64,000 nt of DNA from Cetorhinus maximus (Eukaryota), in assembly GCF_964194155.1 (NCBI RefSeq), contig NC_135901.1, forward strand, positions 25,916,001 to 25,980,000. The letters are read 5' to 3'. The notes under the pieces were generated by a model that saw nothing but the letters and a program-made list of their open reading frames with translations, was not told the DNA's origin and did no database searches. The translations under genes were made by a program, and so were the position numbers. Shown piece after piece: positions 1-13,550 of this stretch; within the stretch, counting starts at the first letter, position 1, and each line of letters begins with the position of its first letter.

Positions 1-129
1 CTTGCTGTTGTTTCCCAGGACAGTCAATGCTCGCTCTCCAACATGACCCTGTCAGATGGAGTTCAGGGGCTCAGAGGGAGAAAGGAAAATGTGGCGGTGA
101 ATCTGAGTTGGGAAAAACAAGGAGAGAAA

Positions 130-430
130 CAGGATTCAATGGAGAAACTGAGCGGGGGGCGAGCACAGCCTCAGGAACAGCGAGTGCGGCTCTCAGAGGC
201 CGAATGAGAGCGGCCCGGCGGCCGCGCGGTGATCTCCCCTGGCTGGGGGTCGGGTTTCCACCGAGTCCGACTCACAACAAAGGAGCCACCCAGAATGCCC
301 CGCGGCTGGCCCTGGGGAGCATGCGCACTCTCAGCGCCTGGGGAAAGGTGCGTGTTGAATAGAGCGGTTTTTGGAGCGCGATGGATTGTGGGAATCTCGG
401 CCGCCATTAGCATAAGATTCAAACAATGGT
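130..430 (-). promoter_or_regulatory. CpG-rich promoter/first-exon region, probably of a minus-strand gene leaving the window to the left
   Basis: Local CpG/GC enrichment; NRF1-like GCATGCGCA 319-327; YY1-like GCCGCCATT 400-408; minus-strand donor GTGAGT (actcac 270-275). The same motif set occurs in the other ZNF promoters here. Confidence 0.5.
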
Positions 431-530
431 TCCCCCAGAGAAAGAGGACAACTGGCCTGTCTTATCTGCGAGAATCACTTAGCTAATCACACTCTCCCGC
501 CTTTTCTCCATAACCCTGCAACTGATTATT

Positions 531-1330
531 GATACAGGGCCTAGATTAATATAAACTGAAATAGGGTCTAGTGTAGGGATGACTGAGACAGGGCCCAGAT
601 TAATCTCAACTGAGACAGGGTCTCGTGCAGTGATTACTGATGCAGCAGGAAGAGTAAAATAATCCAAGACCGGACCTAGTGCAGTAATGAAAAGGATGGT
701 GCCTAATGGAATATTAAGCAAGACATGGTCTGACTCTAGTGCCATAATAACTAAGATATATTGTGATATGGCCCACTGTAATGTAACAGACAGAGGCCCA
801 AATTACAGTGGCACAGTCGACTGCAGTAGCTGCTTTGACAGGGCCTAGTGTAGTGCAAATAGTGGCCTGGTCTTATGTGGCAATAACTGAGACATGGCCA
901 AGGTAAGTTAAAAGCAAAACAGGGGCGAGTGCATTATAAACAGGGACAGGATCTAGTGCGGTAATCAGTACACCGGGTCTACTGTACTATAAACCAGGAC
1001 AGGGTCTAGTACAGTTCAAAATAATATTAAGAAATATTTGCATTTATATAGCTCATATCATGATCACCACATGTGTCAAAACACTTTACACCTAATTGAG
1101 TACTTTCAAATTGTTAGTAATGTTACTAGTACAGGGCCTCGTGTAATACAGGTGGATATAATTAGAGACATGGTCAAATAACTGAGACAGGGTCTAATGA
1201 AACATAAACAGAAACATGGTCTAGTTTGTAACAACTGAGACAGCATCAAGGGCACAAATAACAGAGTCATGTACAATATAAATAGAGACATGGTCAAGTC
1301 TGGTGATAATCAGAGAGGATCGACTGCAGT
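531..1330. repeat. Degenerate ~27-bp tandem repeat (consensus ~GAGACAGGGTCTAGTGCAGTAATAACT)
   Basis: Consecutive 27-mers from 531: gatacagggcctagattaatataaact / gaaatagggtctagtgtagggatgact / gagacagggcccagattaatctcaact / gagacagggtctcgtgcagtgattact; decays further to ~1330. Confidence 0.75.
1030..1125 (-). mobile_element. 3' tail fragment of SacSINE1-like SINE inside the 27-bp array
   Basis: ttgcatttatatagc...acactttaca...gtactttcaaa resembles the tail of the full copy at 4023-4120. Confidence 0.55.
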
Positions 1331-1666
1331 AATGTCTTGAATATAGCTTCAAATAGTAATCAAAACCTATTCATGCCTAATCAGGCTTCAGGTGATTGAT
1401 AGTTAACTGTCACACAGTCAGGTGAGTCAGCTGCCTTAGCAACCTTTTAACTAGACTACTGAACTCAGAGAAAGTAAAGAGAAAGACTTGCCAGTTCAAT
1501 TCCTACTGTGCAGCAAATTGCCAAGACCCACACTCACTCTCGCTGTGTCTCACTCAGGATGAGGTCTCTCCCCTGCTCGTGTGCTTCTAATAGTCCCTTT
1601 CTTAAATAGAGATAAGGTGAGCTGAGATGAGTCACACTAGTTAAGCTTCAAATAGTAATTCAGGCC

Positions 1667-2755
1667 CTAATCAGGGACAGTCAGCATGGCTTTGTCAGAG
1701 GGAAGTCATGCCTAACAAATTTGATTGAACGTTTTGAGGAGATGACCAGGTGTGTAGATGAGGGTAGTGCAGTTTATGTAGTTTATATAGATTTCAGTAA
1801 AGCCTTTGACAAGGTCCCACATGGGAGACTTATAAAGAAGGCAAATGCACATGGGATACAGGGTAATTTGATAAGGTGGATTCAAAATGGGCTTAGTTGT
1901 GGGAGACAGAGGATGATGACAGAAGGTTGCTTTCCTCACTGGAAGCCAGTGTCCAGTGGCATACCACAGGGATCTGTGCTGGGTCCCCTATTATTCGTCA
2001 TTTATATAAATGACATAGATGACTACATGGGGGATAGGATTAGTAAGTTTGCGGATGACACAAAGCTTGGCCGGGTGATTAACAGTGAGGTTGAGTGTCT
2101 TGGGCTACAGGAAGATATAGACAGGATGGGCAGATAAGTGGCAGATGGAATTTAACCCTGAAAAGTGTGAGGTGATACACTTTGGAAGGAGTAATTTAAC
2201 AAGAAGGCCACAGCTGGAGTACTGTGTGCAGTTCTGGTTGCCACATTATAGGAAGGATGTGATTGCACTGGAGAGGGTGTGGAGGAGATTCACCAGGATG
2301 TTGCCTGGGATGAAACATTTAAGTTATGAAGAGAGGTTGGACAGACTTGGGTTGTTTTCATTGGAGCAGAGAAGACTGAGGGGTGACCTGATCAAGGTGC
2401 ACAAGATTATGAGGGGCATGGAGGGGGTGGATAGGAAGCAGCTATTCCACTTAGTTGAAGGGTCAGTCACGAGGGGACATAAGTTCAAGGTGAGGGGCAG
2501 GAGGTTTAGGGGGGATGTGAGGAAAAACTTTTTTACCCAGAGGGTGGTGATGGTCTGGAATGCACTGCCTGGGTGGGTGGTGGAGGCGGGTAGCCTCACA
2601 TCCTTTAAAAAGCACCTGGATGAGCACTTGGCACGTCATAACATTCAAGACTATGGGCCAAGTGCTGGAAAATGGGATTAGGTAGGTCAGGTGTTTCTCA
2701 CGAGTCAGTACAGACTCGATGGGCCGAATGGCCTCTTCTGCACTGTGTGATTCTA
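1667..2755 (+). mobile_element. CR1 LINE, 5'-truncated, RT domain to 3' UTR, with an internal deletion
   Basis: ORFs 1721-2137 (DFSKAFDKVPH, GIPQGSVLGP, KFADDTK) and 2145-2681 (RPQLEYCVQFW...GKWD); 3' end gatgggccgaatggcct...gattcta; HFGRSNLTR is joined directly to RPQLEY. Confidence 0.95.
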
Positions 2756-3695
2756 TTAGGACACCCTTCAACATTCTTTTCTCAGAAGTGAAGAGACCTA
2801 GCCTGTCAATCCTTTCTTCATAGGAAGGATGTGAATGCACTGGAGGGGGTGCAGAAGAGATTCACCAGGATGTTGCCTGGGATGAAACATTCAAGTTATG
2901 AAGAGAGGTTGGATAGACTTGGGTTGTTTTCGTTGGAGTAGAGAAGGCTGAGGGGCGACCTGATCGAGGTGTACAAGATTATGAGGGGCATGGACAGGGT
3001 GGATAGGGAGCATCTGTTCCCCTTAGTTGAAGGGTCAGTCACAAGGGGGCATAAGTTCAAGGTGAGGGGCAGGAGGTTTCGGGTGGATGTGAGACAAAAC
3101 TTTTTTACCCAGAGGGTGGTGACGGTCTTGAATGCACTGCCTGGGAGGCTGGTTGCCTCACATCCTTTAAAAAGTAGCTGCATGAGCATTTGGTACATCA
3201 TAATATTCAAGGCTATGGGCCAAGTGCTGGTAAATGGGATTAGGTAGGTAGGTAGGTCAGGTGTGTCGGTGCAGACTCGATGGGCCGTAGGGCATCTTCT
3301 GCACTGTGATTCTGATTCATATGTATTTCAGTAGTCATCCTCGTAAATCTTCTCTGCTCCCTTGCCAGTGTCTCTCTATCCTTTTTTATAAAATGGTGAC
3401 CAGATTACACTCTTTATTCTCAAGTGTGGCCTAACCAAGGTTCCAGACAGCTTTAGCAGAACCTCCCAACTTTCCAATTCCATTCCTTGCGAAATAAAAC
3501 CTAGTACTTGGTTTTCTCTTTTTATGGTCTTGCTCTGATTGCTGTATTTATACTTGGAGATCTCTTTGTTCCTCTACCCCACCCAGACTCAGACCTTCCA
3601 AGTAATAAGTGACCTGCTTATTCTTCTGACCAAAATCTGCTACCTCACATTTATCTGTGTTTAATTTCATTTGCCCCATTCTCCCCACCTCTGAT
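2756..3695 (-). mobile_element. Older CR1 fragment split by the 2821-3318 insertion
   Basis: Minus strand 2756-2822 reads SYEERIDRLGLFTSEKRMLKGVLIE; CR1-like sequence resumes at 3319. Confidence 0.75.
2821..3318 (+). mobile_element. CR1 3' fragment, same subfamily as 1667-2755
   Basis: Close match to 2249-2750; ORF 2969-3247; ttcata present at both junctions (2817-2822, 3316-3321). Confidence 0.93.
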
Positions 3696-4022
3696 CTAAC
3701 AAGCTGCAGCTACACTGGAGATATTTATATTTAACTTGTTCACTATATTTGTGATGACTCTGCTCAAACCGTAACCAGAAGGATATCTGTGCATTGCTCT
3801 GAGTGTGAGCACAAGGCTGTGTCACTATCACACACAGATACCGTTTCCTTGGTTCACATCGCCATACAAAGACCAGCTCTTTACACATCCCCTTTCTACA
3901 CAATTGCAGCAGACATCAGCAACGATGTGAGGCTCATTAATATTCACCCACATTTCATAACAGCAAAGGTTCCACTGGGACAAAGGTTCAGGCATTTTCC
4001 ATTACAGGCAAAACACAGAGAA

Positions 4023-4487
4023 AAGAAAGACTTGCATTTATGTAGCACCTTTCACCACCTCAGGGTGTCCCAAAGTGCTTTACATCAGGGAAATCCTTTT
4101 GAAGTGCAGTCACTGTTGTAATTTAGGAAACACATCACAATCAATTTGCACATAGCAAGCTCCCACAAACAGCAATATGATAATGACCAGATCATCTGTG
4201 TTTGTCACATTGGCTGAGGGATGAATATTGGCTGGGACATCAGGAATAACTCCCCTGCTCTTCTTCAACATAGAGACCAGTGGATCTTTTACATCCTCCC
4301 GAGCAGCCAGATGGGGGCCTTGGTAATATTCTCAGTTGAAAGACAGCATCTCTGACAGTGAGGCACCCCCTCAGTACTGCACTGGAGAGTCAACCTCAGT
4401 TTTAGTGCTGAGTGGCTGAAGTGGAACTTGACCCCACAACCTTCTGCTTGAGAGATCAGAGTGTTACCCACTGAGCCACGGCTGACC
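4023..4487 (-). mobile_element. SacSINE1-like (Deu-domain, tRNA-derived) SINE, full length
   Basis: Reverse strand begins gtcagccgtggctcagtgggtaacact (A box), has cagtgcagtactgaggg and gaagaagagcaggggagt, and ends ataaatgcaagtctttctt. Recognised from the recalled consensus. Confidence 0.85.
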
Positions 4488-4889
4488 CAGCAATACAGCC
4501 GCACACTGGCACCTTAACATTGTCTCATCAGCCACAGTGTTTCATTAAATACATTTACTGAGTGGATTTCAATTTAAGCCAGGTTTGCAGACGTGATGCT
4601 CCATTCACACATTGAAGGTGAGAGAGATGCTGTGGGACACACACCAAATTCAGGAGCTGAAACTGATTAACAGGTTGAGTTCTGTGTTTAGTGATCCCGA
4701 GTCTCTTACAGATGCCTTCCCTGGATCCCAAGGCTAAGAAAGACACTCTGGAAGTATGGGGAGCTGGGACTTTTCCATGAGAGTAACTGAAGGTAGGAGA
4801 ACTTAAATACTCTAGAGGTAGAAAGGAGAAAAGGTTCAGTCCTGGACATAATTCTCAGCAGCAAAATCAAGAAAATCCAACTTTGCCAG

Positions 4890-6690
<1,801 letters not shown>

Positions 6691-6707
6691 AAAATAAGTT
6701 TACAAAG

Positions 6708-7045
6708 AATTACATGGAACATACATTACATAAACAGGCTAATCGGTCTATCTAGTCTATCTTGGAGTTTCTACTCCACAGGCGTCTCCTCCCATTCTGC
6801 CGACCTCATCTCAGCCTTTCAGTTTATCTTTCTAATCCCTTTCTTCTCTTGTTCTCATCTAGTTTACTTTTGAAAGCATCTAAGGGATTTGTCTCAACCA
6901 CTTCCTGTAGTAGCGAGTTCCACATTCTAACAACTGTCTGAGGACAGAAATATCTCCCGTTTTCCTCTTGGATTTATTACTAACAAGTGTAAACATTCTG
7001 TCCACATCTATCTGTCCAACTCAATCAGAATTTTAAAGACCTATG
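6708..7045 (-). mobile_element. Old CR1 3'-end fragment in the ZNF intron
   Basis: Degenerate CR1 tail and C-terminal sequence (reverse strand gttagaatgtggaactcgctactacag). Confidence 0.55.
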
Positions 7046-7159
7046 TCAGAGGAGTTTGCTGTGTGTAAATCCTCCCTTTCTAACCCGCTGTAAAAGGAGT
7101 TTCCAAAATCCATCCCTGTCAGTCCAGGATAGAAATTCACAACATTCTCTCCTCCTGCT

Positions 7160-7830
7160 GACAGGGATGACCGCGCATGCGCTCTGTTGCAGTTTGCCCC
7201 TGTAAAGATGGCGGCCGTTTACTGCGGCCTGTGACTGAGAACCGCGGCCCGCAGCTACCTCCCCGTTCGCTGCTTCCTCGGGAGCTCTAGCAGCTTATTC
7301 CGACGTTGAGGCAGCCAGTGGGTATTTATCAAGCCTCCCCACCCACTCTGCCGTCTTTAATCCTCCCCATCCACCGGCTTCATTTACTCGCCTGCACTCG
7401 ATATTTGTGAACAGCTTCGACCAGTTCCTAAAAACAATAAACTACTGCGGATGCTGGAAATCCAAAACAAAAACAGAATTACCTGGAAAAACTCAGCAGG
7501 TCTGGCAGCATCGGCGGAGAAGAAAAGAGTCGACGTTTCGAGTCCTCACGACCCTTCAACAGAATTTCAACAGTTCTGTTGAAGGGTCGTGAGGACTCGA
7601 AACGTCGACTCTTCTTCTCCACCGATGCTGCCAGACCTGCTGAGTTTTTCCAGGTAATTTTGTTTTTGTTTTCGACCAGTTCATGGTGCGGCCTCGACTG
7701 CGCATGCTCTACTCAGCGCCCGCAAAGCGCATGTTCGAGTCACACCCGGTAGTGCGCATGCGCAAGAAGCTTCTGCAACGAGAATAGGGCACGTTCTGCC
7801 CCGCCGCGAATGCTGGGTAAGACTCCGGTC
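7160..7830 (-). promoter_or_regulatory. CpG-rich promoter/5' region of the minus-strand ZNF pseudogene
   Basis: NRF1-like GCGCATGCGC 7173, TGCGCATGC 7699, TGCGCATGCGCA 7753-7764; YY1-like AAGATGGCGGC 7205-7215; inverted paralog of 13040-13550. Confidence 0.75.
7428..7670. mobile_element. Penelope-derived foldback (hairpin) element
   Basis: ~100-bp near-perfect inverted arms (7464-7564 / 7574-7672) around a 9-nt spacer; 12-bp target duplication ttcgaccagttc at 7416-7427 and 7671-7682; arms match the terminus of the Penelope at 9470-9566. Confidence 0.88.
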
Positions 7831-8322
7831 ATTGAAACATGATATTGTTGAATAGAAAATTATGTTTTGTGATCGATTGGAGTCACAGGGCCAAAATATA
7901 ATATTATTAAATCAATTGATACGGCAACCAAAGTGCACGGGTCCTCCACCATATTTCTATCCTGGGTGTAATTAATAAAAATTAATACTTTAACAGTTAG
8001 ATGGAAACTCACTGGACTGTCAGTGCGTGGAGTTTTCCCAAGACACAAAACACTTAAGCTGCCTCTTGCTAGTCAGAATGCACTGATTGTGAATCAAATC
8101 ATTTGAACTTTCAAAGTTGGTGGGAGGTGAGAAAACTAAGTAATTCCTTTCTCATTCGTGAAATATGTGAAAGGTCTCTGCACTGTGACTGTGCTGCTGT
8201 GTCAGTAAATGGGATGACCAACTGAATCCCTTTCCACCTTCAGCTGGTGATGATATTTTCATGCTGTGATCTTACCCATCACTTTACTCTCAGATGGGAA
8301 TCTCAAACCCTTCCTGAAATGA

Positions 8323-9566
8323 TAAAAGCAAAATGCTGCAGATGCTGTAAATCTGAAACAAAAACAAAAAAATGCTGGGAAAACTCAGCAGATCTAGCAG
8401 CATCTGTAGAGAGAGAAACAGAGTTAACTTTTTGAGTCCATATGACACTTCTTCAGAGCTGACAAGAAGTGGAAATGTGATGAAATTTATACTGTTAAGT
8501 CCCCCGTCAGCATTCCATAGGGACCGTTCCCTCCAGAACATCCTGGTCCACTCCTCCATCATCCCCAACACCTCATCCCCTTCCCATGGCACCTTCCTAT
8601 GCAATTGCAGAAGGTGCAACAGCTTCCCCTTTACCTCCTGCCTACTCACTGTCCAAGGGCCCAAACACTCCTTTTAAGTGAAACACTGCTTCACTTGCAC
8701 CTCCTTCAATTTGGCCTACTACATCCGCTGTTCCCAATGTGGTCTCTTCTACATCAGGGAGACCAAACGCAGATTGGGTGACCGCTTTGCAGAACACCCC
8801 TGGTCTGTCCTCAAGCATGAACCAGACCTTCCGATCACTTGCCATTTCAACACCCCATCCTGTTCTCATGCCCACATCTCTGTCCTTGGCCTGCTGCAAT
8901 GTTCCAGTAAAGCATAACGCAAACTGGAGGAACAGCACCTCATCTTCTGATTAGGCACTTTACAGCCTCCTGAACTTAACATTGAGTTCAACAACTTCAG
9001 ACCGTGAACTCTCTCCTCCATTCTCACCCCTTTTTTCTAATCCCCTTTTTTCTACATTCAGTTTTTTTCCCACGTTTTTATTTTCATTTTTATTCATTTA
9101 TCCATTGTTTTATCCCCTTTTTTATATCCCCCTTCTATCCATTTTTTATCCTTTTTTCCCACCCCACCACACTCTACCCCCTCCCTAAACCCCATCCCCT
9201 ACAGGGCCATCTGTTAGTTGTCCCATGTTGTTCTTTCACACAATGCTACCCTTGTTCTGCTATTATCACATTCTGCTTTCTTATCTTTATGCCACTATCA
9301 GCAACTTTTTTTTTAGCACTAACCACTACCATTAACACTCCCTTTGTCCTTTAGTTCATGACATCTTTGTCAATCCCTCCTTTGTCCCCACCTATCGCTG
9401 GCCTTCTATCCAGCTCCACCTGCCCCACCCCCTTTAACAGTGTAAATTTAATCACATTTCCACTTTTCTTCAGCTCTGAAGAAGGGTCATACGTACTCGA
9501 AACGTTGACTCTGTTTCTCTCCCCACAGATGCTGCCGGACCTGCTGAGTTTTTCCAGCATTTTCTG
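8323..9566 (+). mobile_element. Penelope-like retroelement, 5'-truncated, with GIY-YIG endonuclease remnant and inverted terminal copy
   Basis: 8500-9005 encodes FTCTSFNLAYYIRCSQCGLFYIRETKRRLGDRFAEH...HFN...LGTLQP (with stops); 8323-8498 is the reverse complement of the 3' terminus; flanks ccttcctgaaatga 8309-8322 / ccttcctgcaatga 9567-9580. Confidence 0.92.
9471..9512 (+). ncRNA. Minimal hammerhead-ribozyme-like motif in the Penelope terminus
   Basis: cagct-CTGAAGA-a-gggtc-atacg-tactc-GAAAC-GTT-gact: CUGANGA/GAAA core, imperfect stem II, palindromic helix III (AACGTT). Activity unknown. Confidence 0.55.
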
Positions 9567-9610
9567 CCTTCCTGCAATGAGTTCCACATTCTCAGCCCTC
9601 TCCAGTTAAG

Positions 9611-9742
9611 GAAAAGCAAAATATTGCAGATGTTGGAAATCAGAAATAAAGCAGAAAATGCTGGAATTTTCAGCAGATCCGCTTGCGTATGTGGAGAAGG
9701 AAACATAGTTTACATTTCAGGTCTGTGACTGTTCATCAGAAC
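9611..9742 (-). mobile_element. Solo Penelope terminal fragment
   Basis: aaaagcaaaatattgcagatgttggaaatc...; reverse strand ttCTGATGAacagtcacagacctGAAAtgtaaact. Confidence 0.75.
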
Positions 9743-10419
9743 CGCACTGTGTCTGTGCATCACTCTGTTCTTCAATCCACTGAAACTGCCAGTGAAAACT
9801 GCCCTCCACTTCACAGGAAGTGCAAGGGACAAGTTTGTACGTGTGACCTAATGTACAATGTATGATGACATTTTTAAAAAGAGCCCATGTACCAATAGAT
9901 ATTTACATTAATTAACCAAACCTCTTAACCCTGAAGTCTGCTTAAATAATTCACCTCTTTAACAAAGACAGGACCATACAGCTCACACACACTCTGTCTC
10001 CAGATTTCTGGCTAAACGAGCTCCCCTGCCATTTTATAGATCTCTCTCTCTCTCTTCTATTCTGATCATATTGAACAAACACGGACCAGCCTTTGAACTG
10101 CCATTTCTTGAGGTGTCCTGGCAATTTCTAAAGTCCAGAATTTTAATAACCTTACCCTAACAATTTTAATCTTCCCCAAAGTAAAAATTACCTCTAAAAT
10201 ATTGATATGAAGCATGAACAAGATGGTTATGAAAATATTTCTATGCTTTCATTGTTTCAGTGCTTCAAAATGGTGATTGTTTTCTTGTCTGACTGTGTGT
10301 TTGTTCAATGAAATGTTTGTAAAAGGTAACGGTGGAGAAAGGTTGAGAATTTTCAGTGTATGAAAGAAGTGAAATGGATCAACAAAGAAGGAACACATTT
10401 CCAACCAGAGTAGAAATAG

Positions 10420-10715
10420 TGACAGATACAGAATGGCTGTCCCACCTTTAGTTTCTTCACTAGTTCCATTACTCTCACTTTTGCCTTGCATCATCATCCT
10501 TTTGTTATTTAATCTCTCCTGCCTTACAACTGATCACAAACCTTCTCTTCAGTTATTTACCCCTCCCCCTTTCTCTGACTGTGCATTTGTTTAAAAAATC
10601 TATTGTGTGTCTTTTTTTTCCAGTTCAGATGGAAGTTCAGTGTCTTGAACCATTAACTGTTTCTCTCTCCACAGACTCAGTCTGACCCGCTCAGTATTCC
10701 CAACATTTCCTTTTT
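10420..10715 (+). mobile_element. Old Penelope 3' UTR/terminus fragment
   Basis: Degenerate match to 9300-9566 (tttctctctccacagac...ctgacccgctcagtattcccaacatt). Confidence 0.6.
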
Positions 10716-10875
10716 GTGAATTGGACTGAGAGATGTATGGTCAGCTCCCCTTGGTCGCAGATGTTTGACACTAATTTCCATAGTGCAGTGGGCAGAATGT
10801 TTGCTTTACATGTGAAATTCCTGCTTTGAGCCAACGTGGAAACTTTGTGTTTCAATTGCTAAGAGCAGATGATCA

Positions 10876-11241
10876 GGTCACTGGACTAATAATCCAGAAG
10901 TGCGGACACAGGTTCAAATCCCACCATGACAGTGGGTGAAATTTAAATTCAATTCATCAATAAGTCTGAAATTGAAGACTAGTCTCAGTAATGGTGACCA
11001 TGAAGCTTTCATCGATTGTCATAAAAACCCACCTGGTTCTCGAATTTCCTTTAGAGGAGGAAATCTGCTGTCCTTACCTGGTCTGACCTACTTGTGACTC
11101 CCGGCCCACGGTGACGTGGTTGACTTTTAACTGCCTTCTAAAATGGTCAATCAAGCCACTAAGTTCAATGGAAATTAGGCTTTGGTCATAACTGCTGGTC
11201 TTGACAGTGACCCCCACATTCCATCAAACTATATAAAAAAA
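10876..11241 (+). mobile_element. tRNA-derived SINE sharing head and tail with the LINE at 20488-23684
   Basis: gtcactggactaataatccag...ggttcaaatccc (B box), central domain ...gtccttacctggtctgacctac..., tail cccacattccatc...aaaaaa. Confidence 0.82.
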
Positions 11242-11367
11242 TGATCAATTAACATTTTGTTCAATTTGTTTTTGAACTGAATAACTGTTGCCTCATTCTT
11301 TAATGGCTCCTACTTTAACTTCTTAAACAGGTCACGTTAAGTGAGAGAAAACTGATCCACAGAGACC

Positions 11368-12055
11368 CAAAAACAAAATACTGCAGAGGCTGCAAATTTG
11401 AACTCAAAAGATATTGTTGGAAACACTCAGCAGGTCAAACAGCCTCCATGGAGAGGACAACAGCATCAATGCTTAAGGTGAGTGAACCTTTATCAAAAGT
11501 TGAAGAATTTAGAGATGTAATAGTTGACAAACAAGTACAGAGTCAAGGATAAGAGGTGAAGAGGAGGAATGAACATTGTTGATGGAAGGCAGGAGTTATT
11601 AAATGATAAAGGGGGGATAATGCAAGATAAAATTCTGTGATAAGACAATAAACTAATGGGACAAGTGAACAAATAAAAGACAAGTCCAGAATAGGCATAA
11701 ATAGTAATAGCAGAACCATTACCAGCACCTACCTTCTGAAAAAATGGGAGTAATGATTATGATCAGTACAGGAGGCTGAGGACTGAGAGGTCAGACTGGG
11801 CGTGGGGTAGAGAATTAAAATAGAAAATGACCAGATGCTCAGGAATATATTTGAACACTTAATGGTGATGTTCCACAAAGCAGTTGTCCAATCTTGATTT
11901 AGTCACCTTAGTGTGGAGGGGATCACATCATAAGCAGTGAATACACAATCCTAAATTGAAAGAAGTGCAAGTAATTTGCTTTATCACTTGGAAAGTGTAT
12001 TTGGGGCCCTAGAACATGGGAACTGAGGAGGTGAAAGGGTGGTTGTTGCATCTGC
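11368..12055 (-). mobile_element. Old Penelope fragment (terminus, UTR and part of GIY-YIG)
   Basis: Starts acaaaatactgcagaggctg; 11790-12055 is a degenerate reverse match to 8610-8890. Confidence 0.7.
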
Positions 12056-12059
12056 ACTG

Positions 12060-12590
12060 GAATGCACTGGAATAATGCCAAAACTGCAAGGTTATATCTA
12101 TCAAGAAAGATTGAACAAGCTAGAGATGTTTTACCTGGTAAAGAGAGTGACAGATGACCTGATCGAGTTTTTAAGATTATAAAAGAGATTGACAAGGCAG
12201 ACAAGTGGAAGATGTTTCCAGCTGCAGATGGATGAGAATAAATATAAGTTCATCATCAATAAAACTAATGTGCAATTCGGGAGAAACTTCTTCAACAGGA
12301 GATTAAAACAGAAAACGCTTCTAATCCTCACCATGTCTGACAGCATCTGTGGATTGGGAAACATGATTAACATTTCATTGAAAGGTTGCAGACCTGAAAT
12401 GTAAATTATATTTCCCCTCTGCAGATGTTATCAGGCCTGCTTGAAATTTCAGAATTGTCTGTTTTTATTTCCGATTTACAGCATCGGCAGTATTTTTTTA
12501 CTGGGAGCATGTTGAGAATCTGGAATTCATCACCGGAAGGGTTTGAGATCCTCGTCTGAGCTGGAAACTGATGGGTCAATTCATACCCAT
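12060..12590 (+). mobile_element. Old CR1 fragment containing a Penelope-derived hairpin (12305-12500)
   Basis: CR1-like gatgacctgatcgag...agaaacttcttcaac, resuming ttttactgggagcatgttgagaatctggaattca; insert has inverted Penelope termini. Confidence 0.6.
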
Positions 12591-13039
12591 GAATGGATTG
12601 TTCACCAGCTGAACGTGGAAATTGATTCATTCAGTTATTCCATTTACTGACACAGCAGCACAGTCACTCCGGAGAGAGACCATTCAGATACTACACTTGT
12701 GCAATGGGATTTATTCAGTTTGCCCACCTGTTCACACCACAACTTTAAAAGTTCAAAGGATTTTATCCACTTGTCTCTTACAGGCAATACATGGTTTAAA
12801 TGTTCCGTGAATGGGGAAGAAAAATTACTTGCTCACCTACCAGCTGCTGAGACTCCAGTGAGTTCACACTGAATTGTAGTGGTTTGTTCTGTTGTTAATT
12901 ATACCCAGGACAGAATTATGATGGAGGGCCACTTTGTTTGCTGTATCAATTAATTTAATAGTTTTATATCTTGGCCCCATGGCTCCATCGTAGTCCGATC
13001 ACAAATCATAATTTTCTATTCAACAATGTCGTGTTTTAA

Positions 13040-13550
13040 TGGTGCGGATCTTACCCAGCATCCATGACGATACAGCATGTGCCCTCTACTCACCAGAGGA
13101 AACCATGGCGCAGGCGCAGTGGTGGGTTGTGAATTGCTCATGCGCATTTAGTTCCAGTGGGTGCGTGCGCACTCTACGTGCTGGAGCGACAGGAGGGCGG
13201 TCGTCTCGACTCCGCAACCGGTGAACAACGGCTGATTATAGGTGGGTAATGGACGCGGTGGAATGGGCGAGAAGGCCTCATAAACACCCAGTGGATGCCT
13301 GGGAACAAAATTAAGAATCTACCAATCCCGCATTTAGTCCATGCGGGGCAGCAGCCGTGGGCTGAACCTGATGACAGATGCGCGTTAACGGCCACCATCT
13401 TTATAGGGGCCAATGTGCAGCAGGGCGCATGCGCAGTCATCCCCGTCCCTGTCAGCAGGAGGAGAGAATATTGTGGATTTCTATCCTGGGCTGACAGGGG
13501 TGGATTTTGGAAACTCCTTTTACAGGGGGTTAGAAGGGGAGGATTTACTT
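13040..13550 (+). promoter_or_regulatory. CpG-rich ZNF promoter/5' region
   Basis: GCGCAGGCGCAG 13107, GCTCATGCGCA ~13136, GCGCATGCGCAG 13425-13436, YY1-like ggccaccatctt ~13390, followed by the acceptor module ttttacag|ggggttagaagg ~13524. Confidence 0.75.

Noticed and set aside
27-486. ORFs 27-362, 171-422, 229-486 as genes
   Set aside because: GC-rich promoter sequence with few stops; no recognisable domain.
8982-9354. Phe/Pro-rich ORFs as membrane proteins
   Set aside because: Pyrimidine-rich Penelope 3' UTR.
9840-10400. Possible LTR or DNA-transposon remnant (also 47250-47700)
   Set aside because: No termini, TSD or coding motif I can support.
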